A stretch of 64,000 nt of DNA. Source: Bdellovibrionota bacterium (GTDB lineage: Bacteria; Bdellovibrionota; UBA1018; CAIPTA01; JAALKR01). Shown here one piece after another: positions 9,308-17,814 of this stretch. Below the pieces are notes generated by a model that was not told where the DNA came from, ran no database searches, and saw only the letters and a list, made by a program, of their open reading frames with translations. Numbering within the stretch: the first letter of the stretch is position 1; the number at the start of each line of letters is the position of its first letter. The translations under genes were made by a program, and so were the position numbers. The stretch lies in the NCBI GenBank assembly GCA_965207455.1, contig CBDBMJ010000003.1, forward strand, positions 224,001 through 288,000, given 5' to 3'.

Positions 9308-10798
9308 TCACTGTGCACTTTTCTTTTTAATTTGTTTGCCGCTTGCTGGTGTCGAGGATCTCTTAACCCTTAACCACCCTGTTTTCCTCTGACATCTGGG
9401 ATTGAGATAAGAGTAGCTATCTTTTATTACCTTGTCGGGATACTTTAGAATTTCACTCTTTCTGCTTTTCTCTGTAAGGCCCTTCATAAGCTTCTTCTTA
9501 CTTCCAAATGAGAGATCACTCTCATGTATAAATTTCTTAAACTTCTCAAGCGTTTTGTAATTTTTTATTCCCCTTACTATTTTTTGGTACTCTCCTATTT
9601 CCTTAGCACGTCTTTCTAACGTTTTTTTATTCTTATTTTCTATCCTCTTCTCCACGAGAACCTTAATCTCATCGATAAGCGTGTTCAAAGAGTCAACACC
9701 TTTTTTTAATTTACCACAATAATTATGCGCAAACGAAAATAAGCTTACACCAGCATTATGTGCCCATGTGGCCAATAAAATTGGGAACTTCAATTCGACT
9801 TCAATTTTGTTTGAGCCCCTACCTATGGAGTATGTTAAGCGCTGATTCTCTGGCTCAAGCCACTCTACTATTTCCCTAGCTGTTTTTCCAGTATCACCTT
9901 TTTTTCTCGTCAATTTCTTAAAATTATTTTGGCAATTACTTAAAAGTTTATTTGCTTCTGCAAGATTTTCCTTAAATTGAAGGGTGCTGTATAGCATACA
10001 CAAGTGGGGGTTTTCCAAAAACTGGCACCTGCGATATATGTAGATCACATCTTCAATATCTTTTCTTGACGTTGCACCAACAAATTTGGGAATCCTATCT
10101 GGAAAATTCTCATATCCATGAGATTTTCGAATCTTCTCTCTTGTACTTTTACATTGCTCAGATTTAAATTGCTTACTGAAAGCACTGTTCTTTTTAAAAT
10201 AATTATGTGTTTGCCGCACTGAATCGCCAGTGAGCTGCCCCAAGCAAGTAGCACCCCAATCGCTTTGCGCGTTTAGTTTAAGTTTAGATTCATGAATAAG
10301 TAAAGGCAGCATAGAAAAGTAATCAATACCCACACATTCTCCCACATCCCTTAAAGCTTCCTCAATACTTGCAACATAATTTTTATTAATGCAAAATGCT
10401 CCTCTTTTCATACTAAGGAGCCTTTTATTTTTCCAACTCACCTCTTGCCTTCTCAATTCCTCCTTGTATATTTTCCCATCGGTTCCTCTTCTCTCAACGA
10501 TTTCACCTGAGTCTATGCAGTAAGCATAAAACTTCCCTTTAATACCGACCTTCATAGCTGGCAATAAACAGCTGTAATCCTTACACCGTTTATCATCCCA
10601 GCGAGCAGAATTTTCATCCCAGTGGGCAGAACTTTCATCCCAGCGTTGACTATATTTTTCTATAATATCCTGCTTTTCTTCACATTCGCCAACATTTAAT
10701 CTGCACACAGCCAAGCATTCGCTAGGAACAAGCACAGGCAAGCAGAATAATATCAATGTAAAGAAGAGCTTTATTCTGTTCAGATACGGAGAAATCAT
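9308..10798 (-). CDS. Exported lytic transglycosylase (SLT/lysozyme-like fold) protein
   Basis: Signal peptide; LPLLIHESKLKLNAQS (E-S motif I), GATCLGQLT (A-x-GLxQ-like motif II), TWAHNAG (AYNAG-like motif III). Confidence 0.72.
   Translation of the reverse strand: MISPYLNRIKLFFTLILFCLPVLVPSECLAVCRLNVGECEEKQDIIEKYSQRWDESSAHWDENSARWDDKRCKDYSCLLPAMKVGIKGKFYAYCIDSGEIVERRGTDGKIYKEELRRQEVSWKNKRLLSMKRGAFCINKNYVASIEEALRDVGECVGIDYFSMLPLLIHESKLKLNAQSDWGATCLGQLTGDSVRQTHNYFKKNSAFSKQFKSEQCKSTREKIRKSHGYENFPDRIPKFVGATSRKDIEDVIYIYRRCQFLENPHLCMLYSTLQFKENLAEANKLLSNCQNNFKKLTRKKGDTGKTAREIVEWLEPENQRLTYSIGRGSNKIEVELKFPILLATWAHNAGVSLFSFAHNYCGKLKKGVDSLNTLIDEIKVLVEKRIENKNKKTLERRAKEIGEYQKIVRGIKNYKTLEKFKKFIHESDLSFGSKKKLMKGLTEKSRKSEILKYPDKVIKDSYSYLNPRCQRKTGWLRVKRSSTPASGKQIKKKSAQ
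10593..10645 (-). repeat. 21-bp in-frame tandem repeat (about 2.5 copies) encoding WDESSAH/WDENSAR/WDD
   Basis: tcatcccag begins at 10593, 10614 and 10635. Confidence 0.85.
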
Positions 10799-10844
10799 TT
10801 TTCAAAAACCTCTAAAATTCAAACATAGTGTTTGGTAAAATAAA

Positions 10845-12434
10845 TTAATTGCCACGAGAACCGCCCTTGGCATTGCCTCCAGCACTGCCCCCTGAGGGGT
10901 TAAAACTAAGCCAGCCTATTTTTTCTTGGCATGATTGGGATTGTTTGTCAGCACGCACTGAATCCACATTGCCATAAATGTAATTATCAGGCTTGAGATA
11001 TTGATAACCATCCTCTATCGTACTTTCAATATAGCCTAAAATTTCTCTCGTTCTATTTATTTTTCCTTTCACAACCTTCTGAACTCCAGCATAAGCTTTT
11101 TTATTCAAGCTTTTTATGTGATTCATAAATGCTTCAAGTGTTTTGTATTTTTTCAGAATACCTAGCAATTCACTACTCTCGCCATGGGTTTTCACAATAT
11201 ACTCCTCGGTTGCGCTTCTATCATCCTTTTTTCTTTTTTTCTCTGCAATATCTCGTACTTCATTCTGCACATCATTCTTCACTTTCTTACCGCGCCTCAG
11301 TGCTCGTACTATTCTGTTGCAGTAGCTATCCACATAGCCAAATAATTCTCCGCCAACATTGTGTGCCCATGTGCCCAATAAAGTTTGTGCCTTAAGCTCA
11401 ACATTCGTTTTTTTATTTAAGGAGTATGTAAATTTCTGATCCTCTGGCTTAAGCCAATCTGCTATTTCCTTCGCTTTTTTTCCGCGAAACCCGTCAATCT
11501 TTTTTTGGCATTTCTTTAAATGAGCGGCTGCCCTGTCGGAATTCTTCTTAAAATAGAGCGTTGAATACAGCAGGCACAAATAAGGGTTATCTATAAACGC
11601 ACATCTAAATCTTGGTTCATCTGTATTGAATTTATGTATTTGATCATTGTCACTCCAATATGTGGGGAAATGTTCGTTTGGAAGAAATGGAAAATTTGCA
11701 TATTCCTCATTTTTTCGAATTTTATCCCTTGTATTTTTACATTCCGAATTCGTACTAAACCTCTGTATAAAATCAGTAGATTTTCTATCTGGAACCTTTC
11801 CTCTCTTGTTTTCCACAGGAGTTCTCTCTCCAAAATATTTTTTATTCACATCAGCTATTGCAACACCAGTGAGTTGCCCTAGGCAAGAGGCTCGAGCACC
11901 GCTTTGTGCATTCAGACCAATTCTAGACTCATGGATGAGCAATGGCAATATGGAAAAAGGCTCAATGCCCACGCACTTGCCCACTTCTTTTAAGGCATCC
12001 GCAATAACTGCAACATGCTTTTTATCAACACAAGGCTTACTCCTTCTTCTCATTCTGTTAGTCTCTTGGCGCCATTTGCCGGATTTATTTTTTTTACAAT
12101 ACGCATACCCACTACCTCTCGTGCTATCCTGCCATCTATTCCTTGGTGCTGATGCAAGGGCAGCCTCCATGGCTGGCAGCAAACAACCATAGTTTTCACA
12201 TTTTTTATTATCCCAACCAGGAGATAATTCATTCACTCTTTCCTGATGTTCGATTACAAGCTTATACCCTGCATGTTCATATATTCTTTCCTTACCCTTA
12301 TATTCCTTACACTTTTCCCGTATTGTACAAACACCCGATCCTTCAGCATGAGTAAACACTGATGCGAGCAAATAAATCAGCACTGCGCTCAACATAAATA
12401 AGAGATTTTTTTTATGTATGTGCTGGGAAAACAT
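10845..12434 (-). CDS. Exported lytic transglycosylase (SLT-like) protein, paralogue of 9308-10798
   Basis: Signal peptide ending THA; LPLLIHESRIGLNAQS, ARASCLGQLT, TWAHNVG; shared WDxKxCxxYxCLLPAM and RCxFxxNPxLCxLYSTL blocks. Confidence 0.72.
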   Translation of the reverse strand: MFSQHIHKKNLLFMLSAVLIYLLASVFTHAEGSGVCTIREKCKEYKGKERIYEHAGYKLVIEHQERVNELSPGWDNKKCENYGCLLPAMEAALASAPRNRWQDSTRGSGYAYCKKNKSGKWRQETNRMRRRSKPCVDKKHVAVIADALKEVGKCVGIEPFSILPLLIHESRIGLNAQSGARASCLGQLTGVAIADVNKKYFGERTPVENKRGKVPDRKSTDFIQRFSTNSECKNTRDKIRKNEEYANFPFLPNEHFPTYWSDNDQIHKFNTDEPRFRCAFIDNPYLCLLYSTLYFKKNSDRAAAHLKKCQKKIDGFRGKKAKEIADWLKPEDQKFTYSLNKKTNVELKAQTLLGTWAHNVGGELFGYVDSYCNRIVRALRRGKKVKNDVQNEVRDIAEKKRKKDDRSATEEYIVKTHGESSELLGILKKYKTLEAFMNHIKSLNKKAYAGVQKVVKGKINRTREILGYIESTIEDGYQYLKPDNYIYGNVDSVRADKQSQSCQEKIGWLSFNPSGGSAGGNAKGGSRGN

Positions 12435-12437
12435 TTT

Positions 12438-13190
12438 TTAAACGCCCCCGAACTTCAAGCATAGTATCTGACGAACATAATACATGTCCTCGTAAGAATT
12501 TGGAGCACGCTCTGTCCATGGGTACTCCTCTAGTGAGGATTCATACTTTGGATCAAAATTCAAAAGGTAAGCACTTGGATTAAGGCAGTACTTTTTCTTA
12601 CTCCATTGAGAAAAGCCCATCGCCTTGAAAGCACGATCATAACTAGAAAATAAATATATTTTCATTTCAACTTCTTTCTCTAATTTTGCTGATTTTATCT
12701 TTCCGTAGTATTTCTCTTTTGCACGAAGGCCCAGTATTTCTCCCTGAATTTCGGAATGAAAATTAGTTATCATTTCTTTTATTTTTTTCTCGCCCGTCTC
12801 GTCACATGGAGCTTGAAATATCTTCTGTGCTATTTTTTTTGTTACAGGCAAATTTATTTTACCCACAATAGCTTCCACTTCCTTTTGTCTTTTCCGAGCT
12901 ATTTTTGCTTTTTCTTGCTTTTGCCTTCTTTGGTAAAACTTGGATTTCTTTGAGGACGTTTTTTCGGAGTTTTCTAGCTCACAAAATATGTTTTTATATA
13001 TCTTCTTTAGCTTTTTTGTGGGTTGACTCCCTTGCTCAGCAAGAGATAGCTGGGATGTGGAAAAAAAAGAGCAAAGCAGAAGTATCCATATGCACCCTTT
13101 CCAAGCAATAAAAAAGTGCCTAAAAATACACGGTAAATACTTATATTGTTGAAGTTGATTGAAAACTTTATTCCTAGCCATTCTTTTCAT
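12438..13190 (-). CDS. Exported hypothetical protein, first gene of the cell-wall-enzyme array
   Basis: Long ORF ending 3 nt before the next start; hydrophobic signal-like segment CIWILLLCSFFSTSQLSLA; start codon uncertain (13190 chosen from a promoter-like sequence). Confidence 0.6.
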   Translation of the reverse strand: MKRMARNKVFNQLQQYKYLPCIFRHFFIAWKGCIWILLLCSFFSTSQLSLAEQGSQPTKKLKKIYKNIFCELENSEKTSSKKSKFYQRRQKQEKAKIARKRQKEVEAIVGKINLPVTKKIAQKIFQAPCDETGEKKIKEMITNFHSEIQGEILGLRAKEKYYGKIKSAKLEKEVEMKIYLFSSYDRAFKAMGFSQWSKKKYCLNPSAYLLNFDPKYESSLEEYPWTERAPNSYEDMYYVRQILCLKFGGV

Positions 13191-13285
13191 TATATACGGA
13201 AAATAACAAAGAAAGAAAAAATTCTCAACCGCTTTAACCAAAGGCCCAAAGGCTGCTATGGAACCGCAAACAGGTAAAAAAGACC

Positions 13286-14026
13286 TTACTTGGGAAGCTT
13301 CTTTCTCTCTAACAGGCTCGCAACCAGAATGGATCCTTCATATAGAAGGTACAGGGGAACCATCATCAGGACCATGGAAAGCACATCGGGTGGAGCGCAT
13401 AGTGCGGACATAACGGCAATAGCAATAACTGCGGTCCGTCGGTTTTTTCGGAGAGTTTTTACATCCAGTACACCCACACAAACTAAAAATACCAGAACTA
13501 CGGGAAACTCAAAGGACAAGCCAAAGAGAAGTAGCAGTCGAAAAACGAGAGAAAAATATTCCTTCACGGTAATAAGAGGTATGTTTTGAGGTTGGCCAAA
13601 TTCTATGAAAAAAGGAAAGCCGCTGGGGAAAATAAAGTAATACGCAAAACTAGCACCAAGAAAGAAAAAGCAGGTGCCAAGAACAACAAAAGGAATGGCC
13701 ATACGCTTTTCCTGCTTGTGCATAGCGGGGGAAATAAAGGCCCATACTTGGTAAAAAATAACGGGCATGGCTAGGAGAAATCCCCCGATCATGGAAACAC
13801 GAAGGCCATTGAGAAAGCTTTCAAATAGCCCGGTAAAGTATAATTGCTGCTTGTCTGGAGGAAGCACCGCAAAGAGGGGTTGGGTAAAAAACGCCGTCAG
13901 CGGTTTATGGAATAAATAACACAGGGAGGAGGTGGCGATAAATGCCCACAGGCACCATAGCAGGCGTTTTCGTAGCTCTTCAAAGTGATCGACAAACGGT
14001 TTTTCTGAGTCTTCTGGCTTGGTCAT
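13286..14026 (-). CDS. tatC: Twin-arginine translocase subunit TatC
   Basis: PFVDHFEELRKRL, YQVWAFISPAM, FGLSFEFPV, APPDVLSM, LYEGSI. Confidence 0.95.
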   Translation of the reverse strand: MTKPEDSEKPFVDHFEELRKRLLWCLWAFIATSSLCYLFHKPLTAFFTQPLFAVLPPDKQQLYFTGLFESFLNGLRVSMIGGFLLAMPVIFYQVWAFISPAMHKQEKRMAIPFVVLGTCFFFLGASFAYYFIFPSGFPFFIEFGQPQNIPLITVKEYFSLVFRLLLLFGLSFEFPVVLVFLVCVGVLDVKTLRKNRRTAVIAIAVMSALCAPPDVLSMVLMMVPLYLLYEGSILVASLLERKKLPK

Positions 14027-14083
14027 GGTTTTTTTTGTTTATTGCCTTTCTTCAATCAGTGATATATATACTTTTTATACGTT

Positions 14084-14704
14084 ATGCAAATAAAACTGGA
14101 AAATACGGGTATCGCATCGCTAGCACCAATCCTGGCGCTGCTTTTTTGGGGCACTAGTTGTACGGAAACCCCTCAGCCAAACAATCCAAACACATCAGGG
14201 GAACCTGTAAAAAACATAGGCGGAAAAGTGGAAACAACAAAATATGATCTCAGTGTGGACAAAAAAACAGGCCTGTCCAAAGCCATTGCTACTATGATTC
14301 TTGGCGACGGCTCAAAAATAGAGTGGCAATTCTTCACGGAAAAGGCGCCCAATACGGTTCGTCGAATCACACACCTTATCAGTACTGGTTTCTACAACAA
14401 TACCGTGTTTCACCGTGTAATTGACGGCTTTGTAGTACAGGGAGGCGACCCCACTGGTACCGGCACTGGCGGATCGGGAGAGAATATAAATGCAGAATTT
14501 AACGATATTAAACATGTGCTTGGGATCGTGTCCATGGCGCGTGCACAAGATGCGAACTCCGCAGACAGTCAATTTTTTATGATGACAGGAACCCATACCC
14601 ACTTAGATAAGAGCTATACTGGCTTTGGAAAAGTGGTCACCGGTGAAGGGCTTTTGAAAAAAATAAAAAAAGGCGATAAAATTAAAACCTTCACAATTAA
14701 ATAA
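14084..14704 (+). CDS. Cyclophilin-type peptidyl-prolyl isomerase, probable lipoprotein
   Basis: FHRVIDGFVVQGGDPTGTGTGG, SMARAQDANSADSQFF, HLDKSYTGFG; lipobox-like GTSC. Confidence 0.93.
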   Translation: MQIKLENTGIASLAPILALLFWGTSCTETPQPNNPNTSGEPVKNIGGKVETTKYDLSVDKKTGLSKAIATMILGDGSKIEWQFFTEKAPNTVRRITHLISTGFYNNTVFHRVIDGFVVQGGDPTGTGTGGSGENINAEFNDIKHVLGIVSMARAQDANSADSQFFMMTGTHTHLDKSYTGFGKVVTGEGLLKKIKKGDKIKTFTIK

Positions 14705-14709
14705 AACCT

Positions 14710-14925
14710 CTAGGCTGCCCTAGCTTTTTGTCGCATAAAATGTTCCATCTTTTTTTCATAGTCCGGAACCATTTCTCCTCTTTTATTGATCAGACCAAAC
14801 TTGAACTGGTCGAAGTGCTCCAAGCAAAAATTATGTTTTATGGGTTTAGCATGACAACTTTTATGTTGGCACTGTAGTGGTGCCAGAACCCGAGCATTTT
14901 CTTTCTTTCCTTTTTTATCTCCCAT
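14710..14925 (-). CDS. Small basic protein with a C-x4-C-x9-C-x2-H putative zinc motif
   Basis: Strong SD AGGAGG upstream; CQHKSCHAKPIKHNFCLEH. Confidence 0.7.
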   Translation of the reverse strand: MGDKKGKKENARVLAPLQCQHKSCHAKPIKHNFCLEHFDQFKFGLINKRGEMVPDYEKKMEHFMRQKARAA

Positions 14926-14969
14926 TATTACCTCCTATTTTTTTAAAACAAGCTAACGTATTACTTGTT

Positions 14970-14998
14970 CCATCGGAGATTTGATCGCCCATCTTTAG
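14970..14998 (-). promoter_or_regulatory. Possible sigma28 (FliA) promoter for the 71-aa gene
   Basis: Minus strand TAAAGATG-N12-TCCGATGG versus consensus TAAAGTTT-N11-GCCGATAA. Confidence 0.35.
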
Positions 14999-15001
14999 CG
15001 C

Positions 15002-16225
15002 TTATTGGAAGTATTTTAAGATGAATTTACGGGCAATATAGGAGGGCTTCACACGCCAGTATTTTCCACTTGTAATGAGGGAGGCGAACGCAATTTTTCG
15101 ACTGGGATCTTCGGTGGACTGGGCAAAGCCCATGAACCAATCGTGTTTTCCTTTGGGATCTTCCCCCGTAAGCGAGCCCGTTTTACCACCGATAAATAAT
15201 TTAGAGAGTATGGGATGGCGCTGATAGTCCCTATAGTGACGACGAGCTGTTCCCTTCGTGATCGTCTTCTCCATCATTTGCGCTAACGTGTATGCCGTAT
15301 CAGGAGAAATCGCTTGTGGCAACAAGGCATTCTCTCTTGCATACACGGTATAACCACTGTGGTGGGTGAGCCTTTTTATAAAATAAGGGTTGGGAGTGAC
15401 ACCACCATTGATAATAGTGCCCGCGAGTAGGGCTGCCTGAAGTGGGCTAATGGTTTGTCGCTTAGTGTATCCCGAACCGCTTTCTGCAATCCCGAAAGAA
15501 TCTCCAGGAATGATGGCACGAGATATATCCACGGGCACGTCAAAGGATAGGGTTTGGTTAAAGCCGAGGGCATTTGCATACTGCTGGAGTTTTCTTTGGC
15601 CTATCTTGTGAATGGCCACTTTCCCAAAAACACTGTTGATGGATCTGGCTAGAGCGTCGTCCAGACGAACAAAACGAGTCCAGCGGTTACGTCCATACCC
15701 TAGGTTTTGCTTGTATAGTGAGGTGGCTGAACCATTGAAGGGAATGCGGGAGCTGGGACTAAGTTTTGCCCCTTCTATGGCAGCGGCCGAGGTAACCACT
15801 TTAAATATGCTAGCTGCAGGGAAGGATCCTCGAAGGGCAAGGTGTCCTTCATGACCTCCTCGACTATAATCCACCATGCTTAGGATGGCACCATTGCTGG
15901 GATCGATGGCCACAAATGCAGCATACTTGGGTTTATAGCGTTTATATAAGCGTTCGATGACTTCATTGAGTTCAGGTTTAATTGTGGAGTCCATCCGGTA
16001 CTCCTCTTCTTGAAGGTGAATTACCTGTTTTTGTAAGGGTTTATGTAGATCTAGCGGCTGGTCGCTCAATAGAGTATAGAGTTCCAGTCGAGTAAGGTTA
16101 GGCGGGGTGGTAGTCCAAAAAAAAAACAAGGAAAAAATGCTCAAAAGAGTTGCCACACTAAAAAGCAGGACAGCCCATTGCTTTACATGGTTTTTCATAC
16201 TATTTTCTTGCTTGGATAAAGACAC
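15002..16225 (-). CDS. Penicillin-binding protein, transpeptidase domain only, with an N-terminal membrane anchor
   Basis: SxxK (ASIFK), SxN (SIN) and KTG (GGKTGSL) motifs; HDWFMGFA. Confidence 0.88.
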   Translation of the reverse strand: MSLSKQENSMKNHVKQWAVLLFSVATLLSIFSLFFFWTTTPPNLTRLELYTLLSDQPLDLHKPLQKQVIHLQEEEYRMDSTIKPELNEVIERLYKRYKPKYAAFVAIDPSNGAILSMVDYSRGGHEGHLALRGSFPAASIFKVVTSAAAIEGAKLSPSSRIPFNGSATSLYKQNLGYGRNRWTRFVRLDDALARSINSVFGKVAIHKIGQRKLQQYANALGFNQTLSFDVPVDISRAIIPGDSFGIAESGSGYTKRQTISPLQAALLAGTIINGGVTPNPYFIKRLTHHSGYTVYARENALLPQAISPDTAYTLAQMMEKTITKGTARRHYRDYQRHPILSKLFIGGKTGSLTGEDPKGKHDWFMGFAQSTEDPSRKIAFASLITSGKYWRVKPSYIARKFILKYFQ

Positions 16226-16381
16226 TCTATTCCATTCTAGTCAATTCGTTGCTGTATGAAAAGGCTAAAAATACCTATTAAAATTATATTGCGCTTCACT
16301 AGGCTTGATTTTTCCCAATACCTGATATCTAATATTCTTAAGGATCCTTTTTTTTGTTTCATTGAATGGAGTACTCAAATT

Positions 16382-17218
16382 ATGTATATATCAAAAATCA
16401 CCTTTATTTTTTTAACCGCAATTCTAACCATGCAGGCTCATGGGGCGAAAACAAAAGGCGGGGTTCTTGCCAGTGTGGGAAACAAGCAAATCACCATTGA
16501 GGATATAAAAAGCCGACACAAGGATCTCCTACCTGCGCAAAAAGACTACCTCAACAAAAATGAAAAGGCCAAAGCCAACCTTTTAAAGAATTCCATTAAA
16601 GAGGAGATTTTAGTCCAAAAGGCTTTAGAGAAAAAAATAGACCAGGATCCAGCTTTTTTAGCTCGAATGGCCCAAATTCGACGTGCCATATTGACTCAGA
16701 CCTTAATTCAAAAAGAAATTGAACCCAAGCTTGCGGACAAAAATATTAGAAGATTTTATAACAAAAATAAAAGGCTCTACCGAACGGACAAGGTTCGAGC
16801 AATCCACATTTTACTCCCCACCAAAGAGGCTGCCAACGAAGTATACAAGCTAGCGAGAAAGACAAAAACCGACGATGCGTTTAAAGAGCTAGCTCGGAAA
16901 CATTCCAAAGATCCCTCTGTGGCTAGAAATCTGGGCGACTTAAATTTCTTTGAATACGGTCAAATGGTTCCTGAGTTCTCCAAAGTGGCTTTCGCTTTGA
17001 AGAAGGGACAGATTAGTCAGCCCGTAAAAACTTCCTTCGGTTACCATATCATTAAAATGATCGACACGAAAAAGGGGAAACGATCCAAATTTAAAACCGT
17101 AAAGAACAAAGTGAAATCGGATCTGAACCGTAGCCTTATTAAAAAACTTATCGACAAGTTTAAAAAGGAAGTTGCAGTAAAGATAAACACCGACCAGCTT
17201 AAAAATCTAAAATTCTAG
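16382..17218 (+). CDS. Parvulin/PpiC-type peptidyl-prolyl isomerase (PrsA/SurA-like foldase)
   Basis: Signal peptide ending AHG; VRAIHILL, FKELARKHSKD, GDLNFF, MVPEF, PVKTSFGYHIIK. Confidence 0.9.
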   Translation: MYISKITFIFLTAILTMQAHGAKTKGGVLASVGNKQITIEDIKSRHKDLLPAQKDYLNKNEKAKANLLKNSIKEEILVQKALEKKIDQDPAFLARMAQIRRAILTQTLIQKEIEPKLADKNIRRFYNKNKRLYRTDKVRAIHILLPTKEAANEVYKLARKTKTDDAFKELARKHSKDPSVARNLGDLNFFEYGQMVPEFSKVAFALKKGQISQPVKTSFGYHIIKMIDTKKGKRSKFKTVKNKVKSDLNRSLIKKLIDKFKKEVAVKINTDQLKNLKF

Positions 17219-17223
17219 CATTC

Positions 17224-17814
17224 CTATAACTCCCACGACGCATTTTTTCTCTTCAATCCCAAGAGATATATTTCTTTACTGTGGGTTCTCGTGCTCTGAG
17301 GTCGAATTCTCTCCACACGAGAAAAATTTCTTTCCATTGTTTGGATCATGCTTTCCATGGCATCACTTTCAAAAATTTTTATTAAAAAATTCCCATCCAG
17401 CTTCAATGCTTTTTCTGCTATATAAAGAGCTCGCTCACAGAGTTCTAGGGAAAGGGCTTGGTCTCGAAGGCGAATACCACTCGTCTTGGGAGCCATATCA
17501 CTGAGTATGCAGTCGAAGGGTGCCTGAGGCAGAGTATGGAACTCCATTTCTAGCACATCTCCCTGGAGAAATGTGGCTTGCTTGTGTTTCCACGTTATGG
17601 CCTGCAAATCAACACCCAACAAATGTCCACTGGGGCCAAGTTTCTCCAACACCACTTGGCTCCACGCGCCTGGCGCTGCCCCCAGTTCCAGCACGCTCCC
17701 TTGGCGGGGAATGAGTGCATATTTTTTTTCTATTTCCTTTAGCTTATAAACAGAGCGGGCGAGATAACCCTCTTGCTTTGCTCGTTTGGAATAACTATCA
17801 TTTTTTTTATACAT
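17224..17814 (-). CDS. rlmE: 23S rRNA Um2552 2'-O-methyltransferase
   Basis: GYLARSVYKL, LELGAAPGAWSQ, ILSDMAP, RPQSTRTHSKEIY. Confidence 0.93.
   Translation of the reverse strand: MYKKNDSYSKRAKQEGYLARSVYKLKEIEKKYALIPRQGSVLELGAAPGAWSQVVLEKLGPSGHLLGVDLQAITWKHKQATFLQGDVLEMEFHTLPQAPFDCILSDMAPKTSGIRLRDQALSLELCERALYIAEKALKLDGNFLIKIFESDAMESMIQTMERNFSRVERIRPQSTRTHSKEIYLLGLKRKNASWEL

Larger units (their letters stand above)
6465..9311 (-). pseudogene. IS630-interrupted, frameshifted gene for an exported protein (543 aa when restored) with the shared Cys-rich N-terminal region and a C-terminal Tlde1/DUF2778-like (L,D-transpeptidase fold) domain
   Basis: Fragment 9311-9052 joins in frame to 7837-6592 when the IS and one CCTTCAGG copy are removed (EKLPEG-NIIIQEKG); motifs GRGPLP, RTGILIHAG, TVGCI; removing one base at about 6594-6596 gives GCIR and continues to the stop at 6465. 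Confidence 0.8.

Noticed and set aside
9048..9311. 87-aa ORF as a standalone small protein
   Set aside because: It is the N-terminus of the IS-interrupted gene; its stop codon is supplied by the inserted sequence
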